From Felis catus (Eukaryota): 64,000 nucleotides of DNA. Numbering within the stretch: position 1 is the first letter of the stretch; the number at the start of each line of letters is the position of its first letter. Below are positions 37,501 to 54,329 of this stretch, one piece after another. The position numbers were made by a program, and so were the translations under genes. The DNA lies in contig NC_058368.1 in assembly GCF_018350175.1 (NCBI RefSeq), positions 166,658,001 through 166,722,000 on the forward strand, read 5' to 3'. The notes under the pieces are model-generated. The model saw nothing but the letters and a program-made list of their open reading frames with translations. It did not search any database and was not told the origin of the DNA.

Positions 37501-40455
37501 TGGCTTTAGGCTTCAGTTTTTGTTCTTTTTCTAGTCCCTTTAGATATAAGGTTAGGTTGTTTGAGATTTTTCTTGCTTTCTGTGGTAGGCCTGTATTGCT
37601 TTATACTTCCCTCTTATGACTGCTTTTGCTGCATCTCAAAGGTTTTGGACCACCATGTTTTCATATATTTTTTTTTATTTACTCTTTAATTTCTTGGTTG
37701 ACTCATTCATTGTTTAGTAGGATCTTCTTTACCCTCCCTGTATTTGTTGCTTGTCCAAATTGTTTCATTGTGGTTGACTTCAAGTTTAATAGTGTTGTGG
37801 TCAGAAAAGATGCATGGTATGATCTCAATCTTTTTGTACTTATTGAGGACTGATCTGTGACCTAGTACGTGATCTTTCTGGAGAATTTCCCATGTTCACC
37901 TAAGAAGAATGTGTTTTCTGCTGCTTTAAGAGGAAATGTTCTGAATATCTCTGTTAAATCCATCCAGTCCAGTGTGTCCTTCAAAGTCATTGTTTCCTTG
38001 TCAGTTTTCTGCTTAGAAAATCTGTCCATTGGTGTAAGTGGGGTGTTAAATTCCCCTACTTGTTTTGGCATTGTTTCTGGAGATTTTCTCTGTTTCTTTC
38101 TTGTTTTTTTCACATTTGGTCTTTCTTTCTCACTCAGAGTCCCCTTTAATATTTCTTGCAGGTCTGATTTAGCGGTCACAAACTCCTTTAGATTTTGTTT
38201 GTCCAAGAAACTCTTTATCTTTCCTTCTTTTCTGAATGATAGCCTTGCTGGATAGTGTATTCTTGGCTGCATACTTTTCACATTCAGGGTGTTGAATATA
38301 CCATGCCACTTACTTCTTGTCTGCCAAGTTTCTGTGAGAGATCTGCTGCCAACCTTACTTGTCTTTCCTTGTAAGTTAGGGACTTCTTTTGTCTTGCAGC
38401 TGTTGGCATTTTTTCTTTATCTCTGTATTTTGCAAATTTAACTATGATAGGTCTTATTATTGGCCTACTTTTGTTGATTTTGATGGGAGTTCTCTGTGCC
38501 TTCTGGACTTGGATATCTGTTTTATTCCTCAGATAAGGGAAATTTTCAGCTATAATTTCCTCAGGTAAATCTTCTGCCCCCTTTTCCCTCTCTTCTTCTT
38601 CTCTGATTCCTTTGATACGAATGTTATTTTGTTTTATGGAGTTGAGCTCCCTAAGTCCACATTCATGATCCAATATTTTTCTTTCCCTCTTATTTTCAGC
38701 TTTATTATTTTTCATAATTTTACCTTCTACATCACTTATTTATTTCTCTGATTCTTCTTTCCTGCAGTAATTATATCCAGTCAGTTTCTCATCTAAATTA
38801 TTGCATTTTTCTAGTTGGCCTGACTAGTTTTTTATGTATTTTACCTCAGCAGTAAGGGACTCCATGGTGTCTTTTATGATTTTTTTCAAGCTCAGCTACT
38901 ATCCTTATGATTGTTGGTTTAAATTCTGGAGCAGGCATATTATTTATATCTGTTTTGATTAGACCCCTGGCCATGACCTTTTCTTGTTCTTTCTTTTGGC
39001 ATTAATCCCTTCTTCTTGGCGTTTTGTCTAAGTCTGTCTTCTTGTGTGTGATAGGAAAGCCTGTTATACTTCTTGCTCCTGAGAGTAAGGACTTTATGAA
39101 GAAGAGGTGTTATGCTGTCCAGGGCCTGGTGCTTCAGGAAGTGTCTCTGGTGTGTGCTATGTTCACTCTGCTGCTCTGTTTTGGCTGTTCGTTCCCTCAG
39201 TGCAGTCCTCTGCAGAGTTTCTCCTTGCCTGCAGTGGGGAGTGTTTGGACCTTGGCCACAGTGTGGTGAGTTTTAACTAGGTGTGCTCTGGTCTGCTTGT
39301 TAAAAGAGACCGATACTATTTCCACTAGAGCTGAAGCTTTGCAGAACTCTGTGGTCAGTAGGCTTGGTGCATGTGGGGCATTTGTGCTGGTCTTCTTGTT
39401 GGAGCGGGGTGGGGGGGGCTTGCTGCTCTGGTTCTCAGGCACATTCCTCTGGGGAAAGTGGCACCAGCAGAGCACAGGCGGCAGGGGGTGGGGGTGCCCT
39501 TAGTGTAAGAGGCTTAGGCCAGCAGTGTTGATGCTGTGCTACTTCCTGGTTAGTTTAATCTGAGGGGCTGGGTAGAGAAATGGATCTAACCAGCTCCCTG
39601 GAGAGAGGGGTTTGCAGCTGTCGTGTCCAGGAAGCCTTCCCAGAAGAGCGAACAATTTCCCCTTGTGTGTCCCAGGCATCCCTCAGATATCTGACTTCAC
39701 CTAGTCTGCCTAGGCCACCTGCCCACCTGGCAGCACAGTGTACTTTGGGCTCTTTCTCAAGCAGGCTGGATGAGTTTTAAAACTCCAAATTTTAGGGACC
39801 TGGCGTGGAGGTGACTTGCGTTGGTCCTCTGGGGGAAGGTCTTATTGCACTGAGACTAATGGAAGTTTGTCCCAGAAGGGCAATTGCATCAAAGCACAGG
39901 TGTGTGGATTTTGCAGTAAAGCACAACAAAGAGCCAGTGTCCAGGTTACCTGCCCTCCGCAAGTGTCTCTGTTTCTGTGCTGAGGAGTGGGGGACAGAAC
40001 TGGTGATTACTGGCTCTTTTGTTCCCAGAGAAGCAATGCCACATGCACTCCAAGAATGGGGAATCTTCCCTCTGAGTGCATCCCATGGGATCCTCCAGTC
40101 ACATCCTGCCCCACATTATCTGCCCTCCTCCACAAGAACACTGCCGCACCCTCAGGTCTCCACACCAGCCATGCCTCAGACCTCTAAAACTCCATTCAGT
40201 CTTTAAGCCCTGCTGGTTATAAAACTTCATGACAATTAGTCCCTCCCATCTTCTAAGTCAATGGCTTTGGGAAAGTGTTTTCCTTGTCCAATCCCCTGTT
40301 CACCTCTCCCTCACTCCCTTCCCACCCCTTTCGCTCTCTCTCTCTCACCAGAGCTCCTTCCCCTCCTCAGCACCTGTGATCCACTTCTCTACTAAACCAC
40401 CTCTCTGCATCTCTTACCTCATGTGGCTTCTTCTCTCCCTTTAGTTGTGCAGTTT
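34508..40455 (-). mobile_element. Near-full-length older carnivore L1 (5' UTR, ORF1, ORF2, 3' UTR), inactivated
   Basis: ORF track fragments: 38284..38715 and 37862..38281 (ORF1 RRM/CTD), 35950..36147, 35189..35416 and 34923..35195 (ORF2). GC-richer 5' UTR at about 39050-40455. Possible degenerate TSD atagtgtcttattttt / acagcattgtattttt. Confidence 0.92.
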
Positions 40456-40459
40456 CAAC

Positions 40460-40619
40460 AGCATTGTATTTTTAGAGTTAGCCACTTTCAATGGCGTAAG
40501 TACTTCCACTATGGCAAATTTAAATGTACCAACACGGAGTCACTAAATACAGAGTAAGGAGAAGATATTAACAGTTGGCTCCTGCCTCCAAGCTGGTGGC
40601 TTCCAGAAACATATTACTG
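40460..40619 (-). mobile_element. MER63-like hAT-Blackjack fragment (other part probably at about 34432-34500)
   Basis: The reverse complement gagccaactgttaatatcttctcc...tttagtgactccgtgttggtacatttaaatttgccatagtggaagtacttacgcca resembles MER63. Confidence 0.6.
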
Positions 40620-40930
40620 AATCATAGCTTATTTTTAATTACTTTAATTTATTTGGTCTTAACTTCCCTTATTTATATTTTGATCCTTGCTTACCATCTC
40701 ATATTTAAGAGTAAGATGTTATAAAGCCAACTAGAAGCTCTAAGCATGTGTATGAAGTTTATTTATCAACTGGACTTTGCTATCAAATATCTAGCTGAAA
40801 ATCCCTAGTGTATTTACTCTTAGGATGCTATGGTTGTCAAAGAAGGTTCTTCTAGTATCTTGCCTAAAGAATAAAGGCATAGCTATTAGTATCCCAAAAC
40901 AAAGAAGGGAAGAACTGATATTTGTTCCAA

Positions 40931-41038
40931 AATATATTTGCTTATTTAATGCCCCTATTTAATGCTTTTAAAGAAAGCATTATTTAAAAGCATTACAAAA
41001 ATGCATTTAAATAGGGGCAATAAATAAACAAATATATT
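40931..41038. repeat. Quasi-palindrome with 35/36-bp arms and a nested 13-bp inverted repeat
   Basis: aatatatttgcttatttaatgcccctatttaatgc (40931-40965) versus the reverse complement of 41003-41038: 2 mismatches and 1 indel. Confidence 0.9.
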
Positions 41039-42135
41039 ATTCAAATATGCATGGCTTCCCGGGGGTAGATACCCTCCTTGTCCTCCTCAAAAAATAAATC
41101 TTCTGTAATTTGTGTCATTTAGAATTTGTATTATGAAGGCCCAAGTGCTTCTGGTGGCAGTTGGCATTAAAATAAAGATAGAAGGCTTTTTAAGTCATAT
41201 TATTTTGACACATATAACTGTTAAGAAATGAAAGTAAGAAATAGTAAGAGAAAATATTTTCATGGTTCTTACTATCCCGTCAAATCCCTGTAATACTAAG
41301 GCTCTCATTAGAAAAGATCTTATTTAAATTTGCATTCTGGAGTGAAGGACAAAAATTAAAGTTTTGGTATGTAGTCTCCAGTCCTTAATGCAAGCCAATG
41401 CACCAAGAGCTCTCACATCCGCTATGAACACCACTTAGTCTGTGTTGCACTGATGTCCACACAATGAGCATGAATGAATCTTCTTATAGTGTAGTAGATT
41501 TTTAGTCACTGTCATTTAAGGCTTGCTAAGTTCCCAGGATCCTATTCAATATTTTTGGGTTTCAGTTTTTCTTATTCTCATTTTGGTTATAGATGTTCTG
41601 TTCCTAAATACTGTAAAAATGGGTTTGGACTATAATTGAGCAATGATATGTTACTCCTCTTAAATGCAGCAATCCCTGGTTATATCTATTGCATTCTCTG
41701 AGAAATTATGTTCTATATTATTGAGAACACAAAAAAATCTATGAAATATTTTCCATTTTACTTTTTTTTATGTGTTGGTTTACATGAGTAGCTTCTTTGC
41801 ATATCAACTTACCTATAGAGACATCATTAATGATGATCAATGAATAAAAATAGTAAAGACTTGTGTTTCTTTTTTTTTACTTAATTTTTTATTTTTTTAA
41901 ATTTACATCCAAATTAATTAGCATATAATGAAACAATGATTTGAGGAGTAGATTCCTTAATGCCCCTTACCCATTTAGCTCATCCCTCCCCCCAACCCAT
42001 CCAAGTAACCCTCTGGTTGTTCTCCATATTTAAGAGTCTCTTCTGTTTTGTCCCCCTCTCTGTTTTTATATTATTTTTGTTTCCCTTCCCTTATGTTCAC
42101 CTGTTTTGTTTCTTAAAGTCCTCATATTAGTGAAG

Positions 42136-46015
<3,880 letters not shown>

Positions 46016-46115
46016 TGCTTGTAGAGTTGGAGTTTCTGGTGATGTTTTCTGGTCCTTTCTAATCTTTTGTTGCTTTTGGTATATATGTATATATATTTTT
46101 TCATCTTTTCTCTCC

Positions 46116-46991
46116 TCAGAAAGTCCTTCTTCAAATTTCTTGCAGGGCTGGTTTAGTGGTCACAAACTCCTTTAATTTTTGTTTGTCTGGGAAACTCTTT
46201 ATCTCTCCTTCTATTTTGAATGACAGCCTTGCTGGATAAAGAATTCTTGGCTGCATGTTTTTCTCATTCAGCACACTGAATATATCCTGCCACTCCCTTC
46301 TGGCCTGCTAAGTTTCTGTGGATAGGTCTGCTGCAAACCTGATCTGTCTTCCCTTGTAGGTTAGGGACTTTTTTTCCCTTGCTGCTTTCATGATTCTTTC
46401 CTTGCCTGAGTATTTTGTGAATTTGACTATTATATGCCAGGTTGATGATCAGTTTTTGTTGAATCTAATGGGGGTCCTCTGTGCTTCCTGGGTCTTGATG
46501 TCTGTGTCTTTCCCCAGGTAAGGAAAGTTTTCCACCATGATTTGCTCACATAACCTTTCTACCCCTATTTTTCTCTCTTCCTCTTCTGGGACCCTTATGA
46601 TTCTGATGTTCCTTTTTAATGAGTCACTGACTTCTCTAATTCTTAAATCATGCTCTTTTGCCTTAATCTCCCTCTTTCTTCCTGCTTCGTTCTTCTCTAT
46701 AAATTTGTCCTCTATATCACTGATTCTCTGCTCTGCCTCATCCATCCTTGCCTCTGCAGCATCCATCCATGATTGCAGCTCAGTTATAGCATTTTTAATT
46801 TCATTCTGGCTATTTTTTACTTATATCTCTGCAGAAAGGGATTCTAATCTATTTTTGACTTCAGCTAGTATTTTTATTATCGTGATTCTAAATTCTGGTT
46901 CAGAAATGTTGCTTGTATCTGTGTTGGTTAAATCCTTGGCTGTCGTTTCTTCGTGCTCTTTCTTTTGGAGTAAATTCCTTCATTTTGTCAT
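46116..46991 (-). pseudogene. L1 ORF1 (RNA-binding protein), disrupted
   Basis: Starts ATG ACA AAA TGA, probably CGA>TGA CpG decay. Fragment 46449..46766 EAEQRISDIED...KRNIRIIRVPEEEE...ENFPYL...QEAQRTP is ORF1 coiled coil/RRM. Confidence 0.88.
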
Positions 46992-47188
46992 TTTGAAGGG
47001 AGAAAAGGAATTAATGAGGTAGAAAAATTGAAATAAAAAGATTAAAAAATATATTGAAATTAAAAATTAAAAACACACACACACAAATTTCGAATAGATG
47101 ATGTTAGATCCTAGGTATGTTTTGTTCTGGGTGTTGAAAGTGGTTTCAAAGATTAGAGGGGGAAAAAAAGGTTGCAGGAAAGAAATCA

Positions 47189-47868
47189 TTTGAGAATTTG
47201 ATAAAATGAATACACTGAAGTAGACCAAAATGAGATGATGGGGGTAACATAGAATTTGAAAACATATACACAAAATAAAGAATATAGTAGAAATATTAAA
47301 GAAAAATATTTTGAATAAAAAAATAAATAGGAATCTTTTCATTTTATGTATTTAAGAAAAAAGAAAAATGAAAAAGAGAAAAAATGATAAAAAAGAAAAG
47401 AAAAAAATCGTTTGAAAATTTGAAAAAGTGAATACACTGTAGTAGACTAAAAGAAAATGATGGAAGTAAAATATAATTTGAAAAAAATTACATACAGCAA
47501 AAAATATAGTAATAAAAAATAAAAATATTTTTAATAATAATTGAAAGTAAAAATGAAGTTTTTCTCTTTCTGTATTTAAGAAAAAGAAAAATGAAAGATG
47601 AAAAAAAGAAAAAGAAAGAAAAAAGGAAATTGAGAATTTGAAAAGGTGAGTACACTGAAGTCTACTAAAATAAAATGATGGAAGTAAAGTAGAAATTGAA
47701 AACATTTACACACATTTACTAAGCATTTAAAAAGTATAGTAAAAAAATTAAAGAAAGATATTTTTAATTAAAATTGAAAATAAAAATGAATTTTTCTCTT
47801 TCTGTGTTCAAGAAAAAGAAAAGAATTGTAAAAGAGATAAAGGGGAAAAGAACAAAAAAGAAAGAAAA
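47189..47868. repeat. Three A/T-rich tandem units of about 220-240 bp in the L1 5' UTR
   Basis: ttga(g/a)aatttga..a.(g/a)tga.tacactg.agt..ac.aaaa recurs at about 47189, 47411 and 47629. Confidence 0.85.
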
Positions 47869-49138
47869 TTGAGTAGATGAACCTACTAACAGATTGCAGT
47901 AGGACTGAAATTGCTTCATTTTTCCCTAGAAGTCAGTCTATGTAGCTCTTTATAGTCCATAAATTAAGCTGGCGGTGAGACTTGTGTTCTTGAAGAGCGA
48001 GGTTGGCCCAGTTGGACAGGGCTCAGTGTAACAGCTCTGCTCTCCACTAGATGGCGCTGCTAGCCTACTGGGGTGGATTGTTGTGGGGCTCGTAGGTGCG
48101 TATGCACATGCGTGGGAGAGGTGAAAATGTCATGACCCAGCTACCTAGTCTGTTCTCCTGGATCAGCAATTGCGCACCTGTCCTCTGTCTTCAGCTCTCG
48201 TCCACTCCCCGCTTCTTCACTCTCTGTGACCAGGCCCCAGGCACCATCTCTCTCCCAAGCCTTGTCTCAGATGCGGCCGTTTTCCCCAACCCCCTACTTC
48301 CGACAGACTGTGGCTTTGGACCGTTCTGCCCCTCGGTAGGAGGGTCTCACCAAGCAATGGCCGAATGAGCAATGGCCGAATATCGGCTGTACCCAGGTAT
48401 GCTCGCTGGACCCTGTTGTTGCCAGTGCCCTGAGACTGCGGCCAGGTGCCAGCCTGTCCCAGAAAACGTTCATGAGACAGTGTAGCAGCAGAGTCTCAGG
48501 GATTATGGAAAATCACAACACATATCTGGCACCAGGCTTCACCCTTAACAACCTTGCCCCAGCACCAGCAAATGTGGCCACGTTCTGGGGTCTGCTGGGA
48601 CCAGGTGGCTTCAACAGTCTCTACCAAATGTCCTTCCAGTGGTGAAGCTGCTTTTCCCTGTGTGGCCCGAGAACCTCCCAGATCCCACTCTGTTCCTGGG
48701 GATTCGCCCTTTCCACCAGAGCATCGCCAGGTATCGAGCTGCAGAGTTGCAGCCTTTGCACTCCCCTTGTTTACAGTCTTAATGGAATTTAAACCCTCTC
48801 CTTTCTCCTTTCTCCCTTTTTAGTTTGTTCCCTGTGGCTGTTTCCAATTTTCCACTTTCTCTTCAGCTACTTTTGGGAAGGAGTTATTTTCCCATATTCT
48901 CCCCCTCTCCCCGGTCTCCGTCCTCTCTCTGCCTGCAAAAGCAGTTCCCTACCTTCGGGACTTCTTGATCCCCAAGTTCAGCTCTCCGTGCCGTGTACCT
49001 GCTGAATTCTGTGGTTTAGGTTGTGCAGATTGTTGTGTTAATCTTCCAATCAGTTTTCTAGGTGTGTAGGATGGTTTAGTGTTGGTCTGGCTGTATTTCA
49101 TGGACGCAATACACACAAAAAGGTTCCATGCTCTTCCA

Positions 49139-49146
49139 CCATCTTG
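49139..49146 (-). promoter_or_regulatory. YY1-type motif (CAAGATGG) at the L1 5' terminus
   Basis: The motif lies about 12 nt from the L1 5' end, where mammalian L1 internal promoters carry a YY1 site. The flanking CpG appears decayed (GGTGG). Confidence 0.55.
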
Positions 49147-50133
49147 GCTCCTCCCCCCAAGACTTGTGTTTCTAACGAAATATCTAATTAGATTACGTAA
49201 TGTGTATACAAATGTTAAGTAACACTTTTGAAAAATTTTATCTGATACTATAAACACTGGCATTTTACATTCATGAGAGGAAATTCTAGAAATGTTTTTG
49301 CTACAAGGAAGAAATATAATTCTACACTGGAATTTGTTTTTTGTAGAAAATTTAAAGTTCATCTAAGAATTATTTTTAGGTGAAAATTCTATTACTAAAT
49401 CATCATTGAATTACAGGAACTTATGATGACATCATTGTGAAAAAAAAAAAGTTGTTTCTCTCATTCAAAGTTATTCTAGCTCTATTGGGCAAATAATTTT
49501 CACCTAGACACACCATGATCTGAATTAGAAAATATGTCAGGAAATATGTGTCTTTGTTTTGAGCTACTTACTATATAAGCTTTAATTTTAATGATTAGTT
49601 TGTACATTGACTCAAGTATTTTCCTCTACAAGAGAATAAGCACATGTTAAAATATATCTTTTCACTTTAACTTTAGTTAAAGAAACTAAATGTTGTGATG
49701 AAGCTTTTATTTCTTCCCAAGAAAAGTTGTTTCCATCAGACATGTTGACTCAGGTTGTCATTTTAATATGAAATTAAGACTTCTGAAATGCAAGCAAAAT
49801 TTATTTATCAGTGGTCCTTCAGGGCCCATAAGCAAAGTGCAAGCTGTCAGAAAGTAAAGTCCAAACAATTAGATGTCATTTAATGTATACACAAAGAATG
49901 AACTTGTTTTTATAATTATTGATTTGTTATCTTTGGTCTTTCACCTAACACTTGGAGTGCATTTTAATGTTTATATACCATTGACAGATTTAAAAAATAA
50001 TAAAAACAAAACCAAAGTGACACTATGATGTTGTTAGGAAAAGCCTTATTGCTTATATCATCCTTTGTAGAATAATATGGAAAAAACTGGAAAACTATAG
50101 TCTCATACCTTTCAAAAATGTAATCTGATACTA

Positions 50134-50293
50134 GGGATGCCTGGGTGGCTCAGTCTGTCGAGAGTCTGACTTGATATCAGCTCAGGTCGTGATCTTGTGG
50201 TCGTGAGATTAAGTTCTGAGTTGGGCCCTGTGCTGAGCATGGACCCTGGTTGGAATTCTCTCCCTTTCTCTCTGCCCCTCCCCTGCTCATGCT

Positions 50294-50347
<54 letters not shown>

Positions 50348-50365
50348 AATAAATGAACATTTTTT
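50134..50365 (+). mobile_element. Older Can-SINE with an expanded (CT)n tract
   Basis: Head gggatgcctgggtggctcag. Partial TSD aaaatgtaat at 50115-50124 / 50366-50375. Confidence 0.9.
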
Positions 50366-53300
50366 AAAATGTAATTGTTTCCAAATATTTAAGCCTAAGT
50401 AAATGATTGAAGTAAAGAAGTATGCTCTGAAGTCTTGTTAGTGGTCTACATACATAGCAATTTTAAAACAGCCTAAATGTCTCACAAATGTAAGGCATAT
50501 TTCAGTAAATGTATTGATATTGATATCAATACTGGCATATTGATTCAATGACATTTTAAGAGGTCACTTCATTGATATAGAGATTATGTAAAAACATGAA
50601 TTAGTGTTTATGAGGGAGTTATAAGTGAAAAAGTGGCACACACAACATACGTGCACATTTAATGTAACTGCCAAAATATTTATGTTCATGCACAGTTATG
50701 GAAAGGTAATACATCAACATAAAGACTTATCAGTAGGGTCATGAGACAAAGGATAATTTTAAAAGTTCTTTTATTTCATAAAGAAAAAGAAAAGGATAAG
50801 AAAAACAGTTCTTGATTCAAAAGTCTACATGTGTAACTATTGCATATGTCATCTGAAGTTGATTTTAAACTAATATCATTACTTTTCATGGTAGGAATGA
50901 TTTTAATCATTCATATTTATTGAGTAGATTAAATATCAAAACTTGGTACACTTAAGGAATCCCATAATCCATGGTTCCAGTGTCATATTGCTGAATGATT
51001 ATGAATAAAATATTATCTTTTTTGACCCTCAGAAGTGATAAAATTCAATTTTGGTAATTGAGCTGAGCATTCTCAATGACACATCCCATTTTCAAAATAT
51101 TTTTGCTTTTCTCAATGAAACGTTTTGTTTCCTAAAACCCACATGTCAATGGAGTGTCTGTGCCTGCTATAACTGTATTAATATCCATAATAGCAACACT
51201 TCCCACTGTTTGATATTTTAAAATAGCCTATTCTTATCAACATATAATTCATTTCACTCATTATCAGTAATATTTTATATGATTCAGTGAAACTATTCCC
51301 TGAACTGAAACCAGGGCACTAGACAAAAGAAATTATTTTTTTTCCTTTGATGTGTAATTTATTATTCATAAATGATTTTCGCAGTTATAAAAATTAAATT
51401 CTGCTACTTAAGCTTTTAAATAATTGCCTTTGCTGAATACAATTTCATGAATTAGAACTGCCCCATAAAATTGAAGCGTATAGTTGAATTATACCTATCA
51501 CTATTATATTTCCACCTTAAAATACATTGCCACACAAACTCATACACAGTGATTCACTGTCACAAAAACGGCATTTTATAAAACTAGCTAAAAGCCCACA
51601 TTGAGCACTTACTGAATGCAAGTTAGTCTAGATAATTTTGAAATGAGGAAATTGTACAAATGTGCGTAGCTGGCAAATGGGAAAATTGGAATTGAATAGA
51701 TGTGCTAAATAGATGTGCTTTACATGATTAGCCACTACCCCATACTGCTTCCCATAAAATTATAAAGATATTTGTTACATAATTAAGGGCTTATGTTAAG
51801 TGGTGATATATCCATATGTTTGTGTGCATGTGCATGCATTAATGCGTGTGTGTGTGTGTGTGTGTGTAGTATAGATATCTTTCTATATGCATAGTTATAT
51901 GTATATTTTCTATGTGCATAATTATTCATACCCATGTAAATACATGTAAACATAAAATATATTAACATGCACATAAATGGTTCTAAAACCTTTATTATAT
52001 ATATGTGCACATAATAGGGGATAATTTTTTTACATTTCTGAATGAAAGATAGTTTAAATATCATTTGTGTCAAACTGATTATCAGGCAGCTGCTTCAAGG
52101 TTTGTAATGAAAACAGTGCAAAGTGCAGTGTCTTGGGACAGTGGTACTATTGTCACTTCATCTTTTCCAAGAAAAAAACTTTAAAGGAAAGAAAAAGTAA
52201 AATACACATACCAAAGCATGATTGAACTTAAGTCTACACAGAGCCCTTACTTTGAGAATATGAATCAATTTTCATTTGCATAAGTAGGTTCATAGTAATC
52301 AGACAACTAAATCCAAACAGTAGTAAAGTCTGTAGTTGGTTCTGTGATAAATAGGAGAGAAATGGTTTAATACCAAAAGCCATAATTACCCACAGCTCTC
52401 AGTTTACAATTAGTTTTCTTTGACAGTTATAGTCATAAATGCCAGCTTTAATCATGTGTTCAGGTTGAATTAGGCTCTGCCAATGCTGGAAGAGATCTAA
52501 TCCGCTTTCTTTCCTACTCATAATGAAATAATAATGCAAATTCACTACATTGATGGGACGACCCATGTGAATTTATTATAGGCTTGGAGAAGTCTCTTGA
52601 AAGGGATAAATTCTTTCTGGGTACAGACTTGAGGTAATTCAAACCAGACAAGGAAAAAAATGGAGCTGTCATCAGAGGCCAGGATATGGAATGGATTTAA
52701 TTTGTATGAATAGGCTTTTTAATAAGTATAACAGGGCTAAGCTCCAGCTTTAGTTGGGGAATATTACCGCTGTCAGTTTCCAAATCTGGATGCACTAACT
52801 TTATTTGGGAGGATAAAGACCATTTCCAAAACTCATTTCTTGTAATAGCACAGGTCACTGTAACTAAAAGCACACTATGCAGCAGCCATGGTGAACAGGT
52901 CTAATTATGGAAGTTAAGTCAACAGGACGAACCATTTTCATCAATTGGCCAGTGTCAAACGCGGTTGACATTTCCAACTGCTGTTTGAATGTATATTTTA
53001 GGCTATAAAAGATGTCAATGAAACAGAATATATTTTAGTGGCTTTCTTTCTTTCTTTTTTGAGTGAGAAGCATGTTAAATTAATATTATCTAAAGGATAA
53101 ATAATCCTTCTTCTAAACCAATAAAAGAATCACAAGGAAAGCACAGTTTGAAAAACAATACAAATAACATAAACTCCCATCATATCAACACATAAAGAAT
53201 CAAAGTTTGACCATTATAAATATTTCAGGCTGCTAAAAATTTATGTAACTTGACATATATATATATTTCTTCCTGAGGCCAGCATGACAAATTCAACCTG

Positions 53301-54089
53301 TTTCCTCAAATACTTTAAGCTGTGTCAGTATCTTTAAAATAGAACTATGGAAAGATAGTTTTTTGGTATAATGTCATTGATTAGTTTGATAAGAAATCTA
53401 ATAACATTAAGGAATGAGGAGTGTTCAATGCAACAAAGCAAAAACATTTTTAAAAACAAAATTTAGGTATTTCAAGTAAAAAAATGTTCATTTTCCTCAG
53501 TTTATTGTTTGGGTCCATTGAATACATTGTTTTGCCTTGCATTAGCTTGAAATACTACATATATTTTATTCATTTTAAGAATTTAGGTTTGACTTTCAAG
53601 TAATTTTTCTTCATTTTCAAATATGTTAATTTTTATGAATGAAGTTCCAAATGAATTATTTCATCTAAAATTATCACAGCACAATTCTTGATCCTGTTTT
53701 ACAGGCACACAGTGACTTATGCAATCTTTATGTAGTGAAGAGTATCGTTCATTTTTATGGAATAAAGAGTGCACTGTTATTTCATGAAATACTAAGAATA
53801 AGGTCACTAAATGGATTATCAAAAAAAATAAACTACATAAAATATTCAATATTTCTTCAGAAACCATTTAGAGGATGACAGAGATATCAAAAGAATTCAT
53901 TTCTATTGCTTTCTAGTTGGCCTTCTCATATGAACTCTTCTGTTATGAGTTGGCATTTAACAAATCATGTCTACATACCTTCCATGCTCAAGGAGTACAT
54001 TTTACCAGATCATAGTTACACTGTTCACATTATAACTATACCACTGTGGGTAATTACTGCATCATAAAACAAAGAATGCATCTATGATA

Positions 54090-54116
54090 TTTTTTAAATG
54101 TTTACTTATTTATTTT

Positions 54117-54173
<57 letters not shown>

Positions 54174-54329
54174 TATGAGTGGGGGAGGGGCAGAGAGGGA
54201 AGCAGAGGTTCCAAAGCAGGCTCGCCTCTGACAGTAGAGAGCCCAATGCAGGGCTTGAACTCCTGACCCCTGAGATCATAACCTGAACTGAAGTTGGATG
54301 CTTAACCAACTGAGCCACCCAGGTGCCAC
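54090..54329 (-). mobile_element. Can-SINE with an expanded (GA)n tract
   Basis: Reverse-complemented head ctgagccacccaggtgccac. Degenerate TSD tgcatctatga / tgcacctgtta. Confidence 0.92.

Larger units (their letters stand above)
32425..40960 (-). mobile_element. HAL1 (half-L1) fossil, in pieces at about 32425-34430 and 40620-40960, split by SINEs, a MER63-like element and an L1
   Basis: An L1-like 3' end lies directly next to ORF1-like antisense sequence (gaaagtttagttggaggtagaattctgg). gatccttgc...catatttaagagtaag...agaagctct near 40680-40740 resembles the HAL1 5' region. Confidence 0.55.

Noticed and set aside
39024..40444. GC-richer region with several 66-133-aa ORFs, superficially a promoter or exon cluster (likewise 47950-49150)
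   Set aside because: These are L1 5' UTRs, CpG-depleted, with no recognisable protein similarity.
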